NCBI GenBank assembly: GCA_046290465.1
Contig: JBKAGP010000001.1
Span: forward strand, 352,001 to 416,000
Direction: 5' to 3'
Length of the DNA: 64,000 nt
DNA from: Planctomycetota bacterium
GTDB taxonomy: Bacteria > Planctomycetota > UBA1135 > UBA2386
Shown one piece after another: positions 22,707 through 33,767 of this stretch (its first letter is position 1; every line of letters begins with the position of its first letter). A program made the translations under genes and the position numbers. Under the pieces are notes generated by a model. The model worked only from the letters and a program-made list of their open reading frames with translations, ran no database searches and was not told the DNA's origin.

Positions 22707-23147
22707 TCAGACCTTCCCGTACCAGAGGATCAGGTCGTAGACCTTCTTGCCGGTCGCCTCGTCGAGCGTGAACGTGAAGGTCGCGTTCTCCTTGGTGACG
22801 GGCTGGTCGGTGCGCAGCACCGTGATCCGCTGCTCGCTCTTGTCGAACAGCGCGAGCACCAGGCCGGCCTTGCCGAACATGCGGTGCTCGTCCGCCAGCC
22901 GGAACGGCCGGACCGTCAGCTCGGTGCCACCGCGGAGCTCGCACTTCCAGCCCTCGGCCATCGCGCCCTGGCCGAGCTTGCCGGTGCCGGCGAGGTGCTC
23001 GGGCGTCGCGGTGCCGGTGGTGGGGCCGTATCTCCAGGCGAGCTCGCGGTTGCGCCAATCGTAGGTGGGCTTGTCCTCGCCGCCGCAGCCGGCGAACAGC
23101 AGCGCGGTCAGGAGGAGGCCCGCGCGGCCCAGGTAGGTGGCTTGCAT
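22707..23147 (-). CDS. Hypothetical lipoprotein
   Basis: LLFAGC lipobox; host-like codon usage. Confidence 0.75.
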   Translation of the reverse strand: MQATYLGRAGLLLTALLFAGCGGEDKPTYDWRNRELAWRYGPTTGTATPEHLAGTGKLGQGAMAEGWKCELRGGTELTVRPFRLADEHRMFGKAGLVLALFDKSEQRITVLRTDQPVTKENATFTFTLDEATGKKVYDLILWYGKV

Positions 23148-23389
23148 GGCGACGCACGTTCCGTCGTGGGCTGCGCGGTTTCAAGCAGCCAGACGTTCAC
23201 AAACGCACAGTCGGAGTTGTTCCGGGAGCGCCGCGTTGGCCGATAACCCTCGCGGCCCGCAGCGTTCCATGCGATCGATGTTGGCCTTCGTCCGATCCCG
23301 GCCATACCCTGCCGTGCACGTGTCCCGGCAGGCGGTTGGGGCCAGTTCGTTGTTACGGGGTCCGGTTCGCGGAGCTAGCTCGTTCGCAG

Positions 23390-24411
<1,022 letters not shown>

Positions 24412-24415
<4 letters not shown>

Positions 24416-25179
24416 GGGGTGCGCTCACGACGCTGAAGAAGGAGCTGCTGTCGTATGCGGTCAGCCCGGTCAGCTGGATCATCGCGGTGCTGTTCTACCT
24501 GGTGCGCGGCTTCGAGCTGGTGACGATCGCGCTCAACTTCGCGATCTACAAGGCCGACCCCAACCAGTTCCCCGGCGCGACCTACGGCGCCGGCAGCACG
24601 TTCTACATGGTGCTGCTGGTGCCCGGCATCCTGACGATGCGGTGCTTCGCCGAGGAGCGGCGCACCGGTTCGATCGAGACCCTGATGACCGCGCCGGTGC
24701 GTGACTTCGAGGTCGTGATCGGCAAGTGGCTGGCGGCGGCGACGTTCTTCGCGCTGCTGTGGCTGCCGAGCGTGCTGGTGCTGCACCTGCTCGAGTACGA
24801 ACCGTACTTCGGCGCCGACATCTCGTTCGGGCCGGTGTTCGCCGCCTACCTGGGCATGTTCCTGCTCAGCGGCCTGCTGCTGGCGTTCGGCTGCTTCGCC
24901 AGCAGCCTGACCGAGAACGTGCTGCTCGCGGCGATCCTGACGATGCTGTTCACCGGCCTGCTGACGCAGGCGTCGGGGTTCCTGTCGCAGTACGTCGGCG
25001 ACCTGCGCAACGAGTACTACATGCGCGAGATCCTCAGCAAGCTCGACGTCTACGGCAACTTCAGCAACTGGTTCGCGCGCGGCCTGATCGACACCAGCCA
25101 CGTCGTGTTCTACCTCGGCGGCATCGGCTTCTTCCTGTTCCTGACGTGGACCAGCCTGACCTCGCGGAGGCAGGCATGA
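24412..25179 (+). CDS. ABC-2 type permease (GldF-like)
   Basis: TMRCFAEERRTGSIETLMTAPV, 6 TM segments; ATGA overlap. Confidence 0.92.
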
Positions 25180-26759
25180 ACGTGCGTCGTCTGGGAGTCT
25201 GGGCCAACCTCGCGATCAGCGCGGTGCTGGCGCTGCTCGTCTGGGTGCTGCTGGTCTGGGTCGCGTCGCGGCCGGGTCTGCGCACGCTGGTCGACATGAC
25301 GCCGCAGCGCGTCAACTCGGTCGATCCGGTCACCGAGGAGCTGCTGCGCACGCTGCGCGACGAAGGGGCCGAGGTCGAGTTCCACGTGTTCCGCCAGCAG
25401 CTCGGCGGCCAGGCGCGCAACGAGGCCGAGGCGCAGGCGCTGGCGATCCGCGCGCGGCTGCTCGAGCTGACCAAGATGCTGCTGCGCCGCTACGTGGCGA
25501 TCGGCGGCGAGAGCGTCAAGTCGTACGACCACGCGCCGTTCGAGGATACGACCGCCTACCGCGAAGCGGCGCAGGCATTCGGCTACACCGCCGCCGACAA
25601 CGAGGCGCTGGTGGTGGCGGTGCGGCAGAAGGGCAAGGAGCGCCGCTTCCGCAAGCTGTCGCTGATCTCCGACCTGGCGGTCATCGAGATGCCGCAGCAG
25701 CAGGCCGGGCCGGTCAAGCGGGCGCTGGTGCCGGTGCTCAAGGACTACGAGGGCGAGAAGGCGATCAGCTCGGCGCTCAAGGGGCTGCTGGTGCAGGGCA
25801 ACCCGATCGCCTACGTCATCAAGAGCAACTCGTCGTTCGTCGACTTCGGCGACACCTCGGCGGTCGGCTACGGCCAGTTCGTCGCCGCGCTGGTGCAGAG
25901 CGGCTTCGAGGTGCGCGAGCTCAAGCAGCTGCGCGGCGGCGTGCCGGCCGATGCCTCGCTGGTGATCGTGATCGAACCGAACCGCGACTTCGTGTCGCGC
26001 GACGCCGACGCGCTCTACGAGTACATGCGGCGCGGTGGCCGCGTGTTCCTCAACTACGCGTGGTCGGCGATCCCCGACCAGAACCCGACCGGCGGCCGCT
26101 TCGGCGAACTGCTCGGCTACGAGCTCAGCCGGCAGCCGGTGTTCCACAAGATCCCGTCGCCGTCGCGCGGCGCACCGAGCCTGGACGGCACCCCCGAGGT
26201 CGCGCGGCTGGCGGTCGAGTCGAACCACCTGCACCCGACGACCCGGCGCCTGCACGAGGCTGGCCGCACCATCCAGGTCTACCTGGCGCGCGGCCTGCGC
26301 GAGCGCGAAGGCGCGCCGGCGAACGTGCGCCGGGAGCCGCTGCTGTGGACCGGCAACGAGGGCTGGCTGGCCGTGCCCGGCGCCGACGGCCGGCCCGACT
26401 ACCGGGCTCCCAACGTGCGGCTGCAGTCGTTCGCAGTGGCGATGGCCTGTGAGGTCGACGCCGAGGAACCGCCGGCCGGCGCGGCCGACGGGACCCCGCG
26501 CACCGGCCAGGCCGTGATCGTGTCGGGCGCGTTCTGCAACAACGCCGGAATGCGGTTCTACGGCGACTTCGCCCTCAACATCTGCAACTGGATGGCCGAA
26601 CGTAAGGTCCTGCTCGACATCGAGGGGGCGCAGTACGAGGTGCGCAGCCTCGAGGTGCAGCCGCAGCAGATCGAGCGGGTCTGGTGGTTGCTGGTGCTGT
26701 GGGTGCCGGGCGCGTTCTTCGTGTTCGGATTGATCGTGTGGTGGCGACGGAGGCACTGA
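25176..26759 (+). CDS. GldG-like ABC auxiliary protein
   Basis: N- and C-terminal TM, DMT..NS, EKAISSAL, ALNICNWM; ATGA overlap. Confidence 0.85.
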   Translation: MNVRRLGVWANLAISAVLALLVWVLLVWVASRPGLRTLVDMTPQRVNSVDPVTEELLRTLRDEGAEVEFHVFRQQLGGQARNEAEAQALAIRARLLELTKMLLRRYVAIGGESVKSYDHAPFEDTTAYREAAQAFGYTAADNEALVVAVRQKGKERRFRKLSLISDLAVIEMPQQQAGPVKRALVPVLKDYEGEKAISSALKGLLVQGNPIAYVIKSNSSFVDFGDTSAVGYGQFVAALVQSGFEVRELKQLRGGVPADASLVIVIEPNRDFVSRDADALYEYMRRGGRVFLNYAWSAIPDQNPTGGRFGELLGYELSRQPVFHKIPSPSRGAPSLDGTPEVARLAVESNHLHPTTRRLHEAGRTIQVYLARGLREREGAPANVRREPLLWTGNEGWLAVPGADGRPDYRAPNVRLQSFAVAMACEVDAEEPPAGAADGTPRTGQAVIVSGAFCNNAGMRFYGDFALNICNWMAERKVLLDIEGAQYEVRSLEVQPQQIERVWWLLVLWVPGAFFVFGLIVWWRRRH

Positions 26760-28537
26760 TGGGCGGCAAAGCGATCCTTCTTCTGCTGGTGCTGGCCGGT
26801 GGGCTCGGTGCGGTGCTCTACTTCACCGACCGGACGCCGCCGGCCAAGACGACCACCGAGACCGCGGTGCTCGACGGCCGCTCGCTGACCGACGCGACCA
26901 GGATCCGCTGGCAGTTCCACGAGCGCGAGCCGGTCGAGATCGGCCGCGCGCCGGACGGCCGCTTCCAGATCCAGGAGCCGCTGGTCGACCTGGCGTCGAT
27001 GGGCTACCTGCGGCAGATCGTCAACGCCTGGGACTCGGCGCAGATGCGCGCGGTGCCGTTCGACGACGACGAGGCCGGCCGCGAGAAGGCTGGGCTGTCG
27101 CCGCCGACGATGAAGCTGATCGTCGAGTGGCAGGACCGTCGCATCGAGGTCGAGGTGGGGGATCCGGGCCCGCTCGGGGAGACCCGCTTCCTGCGCCGCG
27201 ACGGCAAGATCTGGGAAGGCGGCCAGGCGCTGATCGAGAGCATGCGCGTCGGCCTCGACGACCTGCGCGAGAAGCAGGTGTTCCGCCACCAGTTCGTGCA
27301 CACGACCAAGCTGCGCGTCGACCAGGTCAACCCGCTCGGGGGCCGCGAGACGCTGGAGCTGCTGCGCGAGGGCAAGGGCTGGCAGCTGACCTCCCCGGTC
27401 GCGGGCCGCGCGTCGTCGCAGGCCGCGCAGCAGTTCGTCACCGCGGTGACGTCGCTGCGCGTCGACTACTTCCAGCCGAGCGTCGCGCGTCCGCCAGAGC
27501 GCGATCCGGAGATCAGGATCTACGTCAAGGGCGCCTACGGCGAGGAGAACCTCGACCTGTGGCTCGAGCAGGGCCAGGTCTGGGGCTACCTGCCCGAGCG
27601 CGGCCACCTGTTCATCAGCGACAACCGCCAGTACGGCCAGGTGTTCGTCAACGCCGCCAACAACCTGCGCGCGCGGATCCTGGTGCCGATGGGCGACAGC
27701 ACGTTCGAGCAGCTGGTCGAACTGGTCATCGACCCGGGCCAGGGCAGCGGCCGGGACCGCATCCGGCTGCGCCGCCAGAACCAGAACGCGCCATGGCAGC
27801 TGATCGAGCCGGTCGAGTACGGCGCCCGCGCGACGCCGGTCAACGAGGCGGCGCACGCGCTGCAGCGGCTGGTGGCGCGCAAGTTCGTCACCGACGAGGA
27901 CGTGCAGCGGCCGCGGGCCGAGGATCCGCGCTACGGCATGGTCGGCACGCGCTGGTCGTTGACGACCCGGCGGGTCAACGAGACCGAGATGCACACGCTC
28001 TGGTTCGGCGGCGACGCCGACGTCGGTGGCGACGAACCGCTGATCTACTGCGCGCGCGCCGACGAGCCCGACAACGTCGCGCTGGTGCCGAAGGTCGCGC
28101 TCGAGACGCTGCAGCGGCCGTGGACGGTCTACTGCGACAAGGGCATCATGAAGCAGCCGGCGGTCGTCGAACGGCTGGACCTGGTGCACAAGGACGGCCG
28201 CAAGCGCACGTTCCGGATCCAGGAGGACGGCACCTGGCAGCTCGACGGCTCCGACGAGGATCGCAGCGAGGTCGGCGACTACGTCGACGACACGCTGCGC
28301 GACTTCGTCGGCAAGCGGGCGGTCGACATGCGCACCGGCTTCGCTGACGAGCCGGACTGGACGCTGCTGCTGATGCGCCGCAACGGCGACGAACTCGGCC
28401 GCACGCGGATCTGGGATCCGGGCCCCGAGGCGCGCCTGATCGCGCGTGGCCGCACCAAGCCGGGTATGCGGGAGCAGAAGCTCGGCATCGAGCTGGGCAA
28501 GCGCGACACCGCCGAGCTGCGCAAACTCTGGAAGTAG
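26759..28537 (+). CDS. DUF4340 domain-containing protein
   Basis: N-terminal TM anchor, repeated WQL..PV modules, usual position after GldG-like genes; TGATG overlap. Confidence 0.8.
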   Translation: MGGKAILLLLVLAGGLGAVLYFTDRTPPAKTTTETAVLDGRSLTDATRIRWQFHEREPVEIGRAPDGRFQIQEPLVDLASMGYLRQIVNAWDSAQMRAVPFDDDEAGREKAGLSPPTMKLIVEWQDRRIEVEVGDPGPLGETRFLRRDGKIWEGGQALIESMRVGLDDLREKQVFRHQFVHTTKLRVDQVNPLGGRETLELLREGKGWQLTSPVAGRASSQAAQQFVTAVTSLRVDYFQPSVARPPERDPEIRIYVKGAYGEENLDLWLEQGQVWGYLPERGHLFISDNRQYGQVFVNAANNLRARILVPMGDSTFEQLVELVIDPGQGSGRDRIRLRRQNQNAPWQLIEPVEYGARATPVNEAAHALQRLVARKFVTDEDVQRPRAEDPRYGMVGTRWSLTTRRVNETEMHTLWFGGDADVGGDEPLIYCARADEPDNVALVPKVALETLQRPWTVYCDKGIMKQPAVVERLDLVHKDGRKRTFRIQEDGTWQLDGSDEDRSEVGDYVDDTLRDFVGKRAVDMRTGFADEPDWTLLLMRRNGDELGRTRIWDPGPEARLIARGRTKPGMREQKLGIELGKRDTAELRKLWK

Positions 28538-28598
28538 CCGCCGGCAAAGCGCACGGCGCACGCGAAACGGCGCCGGCGGCCGACTATCCTGGCCGCCG

Positions 28599-29096
28599 AT
28601 GGCGACCAAGAAGTCGAAGCGTCCGAGGCGCTACTGGCTGTTCAAGTCCGAGCCGGACGTCTACGGCATCGACCAGCTCGAACAGGACGGCAGCACGTTC
28701 TGGAACGGCGTGCGCAACTACCAGGCGCGCAACCTGCTGCGTGACGAGATCCTGCTCGACGACGGCGTGCTGTACTACCACAGCAACGCCAAGCCGATGG
28801 CCGTGGTCGGGATCGCACGCGTCTGCAAGGAGGGCTACCCCGACCAGACGCAGTTCGAGGAGGGCGGCAAGTACCACGACCCGGACAGCGATCCGAAAGA
28901 CCCGCGCTGGTACCACGTCGACATCGAGTTCGTCGCCAAGGCCGACGAGCCGGTGACGCGCGAGCAGATGAAGGCCGAGCCGAAGCTCGACGAGATGATG
29001 CTGCTGCAGCGCGGCAGCCGGCTGTCGGTGCAGCCCGTGACCAAGGCCGAGTGGCAGACCGTGCTGCGCATGGCCGGACTGAAGGAGAGCTGGTGA
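28599..29096 (+). CDS. EVE domain protein
   Basis: YWLFKSEP, WNGVRNYQARN, YYHS, RLSVQPV. Confidence 0.95.
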   Translation: MATKKSKRPRRYWLFKSEPDVYGIDQLEQDGSTFWNGVRNYQARNLLRDEILLDDGVLYYHSNAKPMAVVGIARVCKEGYPDQTQFEEGGKYHDPDSDPKDPRWYHVDIEFVAKADEPVTREQMKAEPKLDEMMLLQRGSRLSVQPVTKAEWQTVLRMAGLKESW

Positions 29097-29980
29097 TGAC
29101 GACGGTGCGTGTGGCGGTCCTGGTGGCCGCGCTTTGCGCCGGCTGCAGCCGCGAGCCGCAGCCGGGCTTCTCGACCCCGGAATCCGTCTGCTACGACGCG
29201 TCGGCCGACGTCTACCTGGTGTCCAACGTCGACGGCGCGCCGCTGGAACGCGACGGCAAGGGCTACATCCTCAAGGTCGGGCCGCAGGACGGTTCGCGCA
29301 CGCTGTGGATCCACGGCGACCAGACCGGCGTGACGCTGAACGCACCCAAGGGCATGGCGCTGGTCGGCGACGTGCTGTGGGTCGCCGACATCGACGTCGT
29401 GCGCAAGTTCGACCGCGGCTCGGGCGCGCCGATGGGCGAGGTCGCGATCGAGGGCGCGACCTTCCTCAACGACGTCGCCGGTGGCCCCGACGGCAGCGTC
29501 TACGTCAGCGACTCGGGCCTCGATGCGAACTTCGCGTCGACCGGCACCGACGCGATCTGGCGGATCGCGCCGGACGGCGCCGTCACTCCGCTGATCCAGG
29601 GCGAGCAGCTCGGCCAGCCCAACGGCATCTCGGCGCAGAAGGCCGGCCTCTACGTGGTCAGCTGGCGCGACGGCACCTTCTACGAGGTCGACTACCGCGG
29701 CGCCAAGACCGACCTCGGCCAGGCGCCGCAGAAGAAGCTCGACGGCCTGGTGCGCGTCGAGCACGAGGTCGAGGGCAAGGACGGCCAGAAGAGCAAGCAG
29801 CCGGCCTGGTACGCGACCTCGTGGGACGGCTCGGCGATCTACCGCTTCGCGCTGACCGGCGGCGTCACCGCCCTGCCGGTGCGACTGGAGCAACCGGCCG
29901 ACATGGGCTACGACAGCAAGCGCAACCGGCTGATCGTGCCGCTGTTCGGCAAGCACATGCTGCACGTCGAACAGCTGTGA
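29096..29980 (+). CDS. SMP-30/gluconolactonase-like beta-propeller lipoprotein
   Basis: LCAGC lipobox; PES..YD, LNAPKGM, FLND, PNGI, LDGL; TGATG overlap. Confidence 0.85.
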   Translation: MTTVRVAVLVAALCAGCSREPQPGFSTPESVCYDASADVYLVSNVDGAPLERDGKGYILKVGPQDGSRTLWIHGDQTGVTLNAPKGMALVGDVLWVADIDVVRKFDRGSGAPMGEVAIEGATFLNDVAGGPDGSVYVSDSGLDANFASTGTDAIWRIAPDGAVTPLIQGEQLGQPNGISAQKAGLYVVSWRDGTFYEVDYRGAKTDLGQAPQKKLDGLVRVEHEVEGKDGQKSKQPAWYATSWDGSAIYRFALTGGVTALPVRLEQPADMGYDSKRNRLIVPLFGKHMLHVEQL

Positions 29981-30003
29981 GTTCTGCCTCGCGGTCGGCT
30001 AGC

Positions 30004-30321
30004 ATGACGGCCACCATGTTCGTGCGCGCAGCAACGAAGGAACAGACCGACACCGAGACCGAGACCCGGTCGAAGACGTCGCTCGCGCCGCCGTGGAACG
30101 TGATCGTGCACGACGACCCGGTCACGCTGATGGGCTACGTCACCAAGATCTTCGTCAAGGTGTTCGGCTACACCGAGACCAAGGCGCACAAGCTGATGAT
30201 GGAGGTGCACAAGTCCGGCCGTTCGATCGTCTGGACCGGGGCCCGCGAGCAGGCCGAGATGTATGCGCAGAAGCTGCAGTCGCACCACCTGCTGACCACG
30301 TTGGAGAAGGTCGAGGAGTAG
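30004..30321 (+). CDS. clpS: ATP-dependent Clp protease adaptor ClpS
   Basis: PPWNVIVHDDPVTLMGYV...LMMEVHKSGRSIV...REQAE; start 30004 or 30016. Confidence 0.92.
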   Translation: MTATMFVRAATKEQTDTETETRSKTSLAPPWNVIVHDDPVTLMGYVTKIFVKVFGYTETKAHKLMMEVHKSGRSIVWTGAREQAEMYAQKLQSHHLLTTLEKVEE

Positions 30322-30332
30322 GCCGCGTGAGC

Positions 30333-30851
30333 ATGTGGGCAGCGCGTGTCGACGAGGGCTACGTGTTCGGGGACCTGACCCCGGCCGCGGTCGAGACGCT
30401 CAAGGGGGTGCCGATGCTGATCGAATCGTCGGACCGCCGCGTGCGCGATCGGCTGCTGCCCGAGACCTGCCAGGACGAGGACGACGAGCAACACTGGCGC
30501 GAACACGCGGTGCCGGAGCTCGAGCGGCTGTTCCTGTCGCGCGCGCAGCTGGTCCGCCGCGACCTCGAGAACCTGCGCAAGCTGCCGAAGTCGGTCAACG
30601 CGGTGCTGCTGATCCCCGACGACCACGTCAACGCCTGGCTCGCTGCGCTCAACGCCGCCCGACTGGCGCTCTACGTGCTCAACGACATGACCGCCGAGCA
30701 CATGGAGGAGGAGGGCTTCGCGACCGCCTCGCCCAAGCAGCAGGAGGCCGCGCTGCGCATCGGCCTGCTCGCCGAGATGCAGGCGGTGCTGCTCGGCGAG
30801 TTCGAGGTCGACGAGGACGACGGCACGTTCGAAGACTTCGTGATGGACTAG
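30333..30851 (+). CDS. DUF2017-like protein
   Basis: RLLPE...WREHAVPEL...AWLAALNAARL; directly after clpS. Confidence 0.75.
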   Translation: MWAARVDEGYVFGDLTPAAVETLKGVPMLIESSDRRVRDRLLPETCQDEDDEQHWREHAVPELERLFLSRAQLVRRDLENLRKLPKSVNAVLLIPDDHVNAWLAALNAARLALYVLNDMTAEHMEEEGFATASPKQQEAALRIGLLAEMQAVLLGEFEVDEDDGTFEDFVMD

Positions 30852-30876
30852 ACCGATGTGGCGCGGGCCTGCGGTG

Positions 30877-33756
30877 CTACCGCTGGTGGCCGTCGCCGCG
30901 CGGTTCGTCCTCTTCGTCCTCGACGAGCTCGCCCGGGTAGGCGCCGAGCACCGAGGTCGCGCCGCGCCGGTCGTGCACGGTGAACGGCTGCACGCTGGAC
31001 TGGTTGCCGAGCGTGATGCGCACCGCGAACGTGCCGGGGCGGGGGCCCTCGTTGCCGCGGCCGCCGCGGCCGCGACGGCCACCGGCCCAGCGGACCTCGT
31101 GGTAGCCGGCCGCCTTGCCGCCCTCCGCCTCGAACACGACCGCACCGGTGGCGTCGAGCACCTCGACCTTCGGCGCGTCCTCCTGGTCCTGCGACAGCAC
31201 GTAGCGGAACGTCGCGGTCGTGAACGGGTTGGGCACCGTCCAGCGGCGCGCGCCGAAGTAGCCGCGGTCGTAGCCCGAGCGCAGCAGCACGCCGTCGCTC
31301 GGCGGCAGCGCCAGCAGCGACGCGCGCAGGCTGCCGCTGTCGAGGGTCTCGAACGCCGACGCGTCGAGGCCCCAGATGCCGCGACCGTGGGTACCGACCA
31401 GCAGGTGCGGGTGCTGCGGATGGACCAGCAGGTCGTGCGCGGCAGCGCGCGGCAGGCCGTAGCCGAGCGGGAACCAGTGCGCGCCGTCGTCGATCGACAC
31501 GTGCACGTCCATCTCGGTGCCGACGAACAGCACGTTGGCGTTGCGCGGGTGCTGGCGGATCACGTTGACCGGCTCCTGCGGCAGGTCGTGCGCGATCGAC
31601 AGCCACGAGTCGCCGCCGTCGTCGGTGCGGAACACGTAGGCGTCCCGGATGTCCTCGCGGTAGCCGGTGAAGCTGACGAACGCGGTGCCGGCGTCGTGCG
31701 GCGAGGCCTCGACGCGGCTGACCCACAGGCCCTGCACCGCCTCGGGGAAGCGGTCGGTCAGGTCGGTCCAGCGACCGCCGCCGTCCCTGCTCCGCCAGAC
31801 CTTGCCGTCGTCGGTGCCGACCCACAGCACGCCTTCGCGCTGCGGCGACTCGGCGATCGTCGTGATCGTGCAGTGCGGCACGTCGCCCTGCTTCTTGTCG
31901 ACGTCGTTGGTGGTCAGGTCGACGCTGATCGTCGTCCAGTCGTCGCCGCGGTTGCGCGAACGGTGCAGGTGCTGGCTGCCGGTGTAGATCGTGTGCGGCG
32001 CGTGCGGCGAGATCACGATCGGCGTCATCCAGTTGAACCGCAGCGGCTGCTCGCCCTTGCGGGCGCGCGGCTTGATCGAACGGCGCGCGCCGGTGCGCAG
32101 GTTCGAGCGCAGCATGCCGCCGAACTGCGACTCCGAGTAGACGATGTCGGGGTCGGTCGGGTCGGGCACCGAGTAGAAGCCGTCCCCGCCCGAGACCTTG
32201 ATCGCGTCCTGCGCCTCGAGGCCGGCCGACGTCTCCCCGTGGATCGGGAAGCCCCAGGTGCCGTTGTCCTGCAGGCCGCCGTAGACCTTGTAGGGCACGC
32301 CCTGGTCGACACCGATCGCGTAGAACTGCAGGATCGGCAGGTGGGTCAGGTGATCCCACGTGCTGCCCTGGTCGAACGTCACGGCGATGCCGCCGTCGTT
32401 GCCGAGCAGGCAGTGCTGGCTGTCGTCCGGGTCGATCCACAGCGCGTGGTGGTCGACGTGCAGGCCGTCGCCGAACGAGCGGGGGCCGCCGCGGCGGCGG
32501 CCGCCCGGCGTCCAGGTCGCGCCGCCGTCCTTGCTCTGGTAGACCGGCACCGACAGCACCCACAGCGTGTCGGCGTCGTTGGGATCGATGCGGACCTGGC
32601 CGTAGTAGTAGCCGGGGCTGCCGCCGACCGAGGTGGCGTCCTTGTGGGTCTTGCTCCACGAGTCGCCGCCGTCGTCGCTGCGGTAGACCTCGCCGCCGAC
32701 CAGCCGCTGGCGCGAACGGCGGCGCGGGTCCTGCGCCTCCTCCGGGCCGTCTAGCCACTCCTGGCGCGCGACCGGATCGGCGAGGATCTCGGCGGCGGGC
32801 ACCTCGTCATGCTCGCCGCCGGAGCCACCGCCGGCCGCGGCATCGCGCGGGCGGCTGCTGCGCGGTGCGTCGCCGCTCGGCTCGCTGGCCGGCCGCCGCG
32901 TGCGCGCGCGCGGGTTCAGGTTCTCGATCGATGCGTAGACGACGTCGCCGTCGCGCAGGAAGCAGTCGAGGCCGATGCGGCCGAGCTTGCCGTCGGGCAG
33001 GCCGTTGCCAAGCTGCTTCCAGGTCTTGCCGGCGTCGGTCGAGCGGTAGATGCGCGAGCCCTGGCCGCCCTCCTCGAAGTTCCACGCGCGGCGGCGCCGC
33101 TCGTAGGACGCGGCGAACACGACGTTGGGCTTCTGCGGGTGCAGCACCACGTCGACGACGCCGACGTTCTCGTCGACGTGCAGCACGCGGTCCCAGTTCT
33201 TGCCGCCGTCGGTCGACTTGTAGAGGCCGCGTTCGTCGTTGGGCGAGTAGAGCGCGCCGAGCGCGGCGACGTAGACGGTGTCGGGGTCGTCCGGGTGCAC
33301 GACGATGCGGCCGATGTGGTCGGTGCCGTCGAGGCCGACCCAGCGCCAGCTCTTGCCGGAGTCGTCCGAGCGGTAGACGCCGTCGCCCCAGTACGAACTG
33401 CGCTGGTTGTTGGCCTCGCCGGTGCCGACGTAGAGCACCTTTGGATCGCTCGGGGCGACCGCGATGTCGCCGATCGAGATCGAGTAGGCGTTCTGCAGCT
33501 GCGGCTCGAACGAGATGCCGTTGTTGGTCGTGTGCCAGACGCCGCCGCTCGCCGACGCCAGCCAGTATTCCTGCGGGCGGTCGGGGTTGACGGCGATGTC
33601 GACGATGCGGCCGCCGCTCTGCACGGGGCCGAGCTCCCGCCACGGCATCTGCTGCAGCACGTTGCTGCGCAGGTGCTGCTGGTCGGTGGTCTGGGCGGTC
33701 GCGAGTCCGGCCAGGAGGGCCGCCGCGAACGGAACGAGATGCTTGCTCTGGTTCAT
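30877..33756 (-). CDS. Secreted VPS10/sortilin-like BNR (Asp-box) beta-propeller protein
   Basis: WRELGP..GGR, many SxDxGxxW repeats, GGLQDNGTW, GTHGRGIW; start MNQSKHL at 33756. Confidence 0.9.
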   Translation of the reverse strand: MNQSKHLVPFAAALLAGLATAQTTDQQHLRSNVLQQMPWRELGPVQSGGRIVDIAVNPDRPQEYWLASASGGVWHTTNNGISFEPQLQNAYSISIGDIAVAPSDPKVLYVGTGEANNQRSSYWGDGVYRSDDSGKSWRWVGLDGTDHIGRIVVHPDDPDTVYVAALGALYSPNDERGLYKSTDGGKNWDRVLHVDENVGVVDVVLHPQKPNVVFAASYERRRRAWNFEEGGQGSRIYRSTDAGKTWKQLGNGLPDGKLGRIGLDCFLRDGDVVYASIENLNPRARTRRPASEPSGDAPRSSRPRDAAAGGGSGGEHDEVPAAEILADPVARQEWLDGPEEAQDPRRRSRQRLVGGEVYRSDDGGDSWSKTHKDATSVGGSPGYYYGQVRIDPNDADTLWVLSVPVYQSKDGGATWTPGGRRRGGPRSFGDGLHVDHHALWIDPDDSQHCLLGNDGGIAVTFDQGSTWDHLTHLPILQFYAIGVDQGVPYKVYGGLQDNGTWGFPIHGETSAGLEAQDAIKVSGGDGFYSVPDPTDPDIVYSESQFGGMLRSNLRTGARRSIKPRARKGEQPLRFNWMTPIVISPHAPHTIYTGSQHLHRSRNRGDDWTTISVDLTTNDVDKKQGDVPHCTITTIAESPQREGVLWVGTDDGKVWRSRDGGGRWTDLTDRFPEAVQGLWVSRVEASPHDAGTAFVSFTGYREDIRDAYVFRTDDGGDSWLSIAHDLPQEPVNVIRQHPRNANVLFVGTEMDVHVSIDDGAHWFPLGYGLPRAAAHDLLVHPQHPHLLVGTHGRGIWGLDASAFETLDSGSLRASLLALPPSDGVLLRSGYDRGYFGARRWTVPNPFTTATFRYVLSQDQEDAPKVEVLDATGAVVFEAEGGKAAGYHEVRWAGGRRGRGGRGNEGPRPGTFAVRITLGNQSSVQPFTVHDRRGATSVLGAYPGELVEDEEDEPRGDGHQR

Positions 33757-33767
33757 CGGTGGATTCC

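Noticed and set aside
23239..23246. Perfect sigma28 -10 box GCCGATAA
   Set aside because: No matching -35 element at the correct spacing.
28537..28580. GCCGCCGGC/GCCGGCGGC inverted repeat as a terminator
   Set aside because: 26-nt loop and no U tract; cannot be supported beyond a possible pause or stability hairpin.
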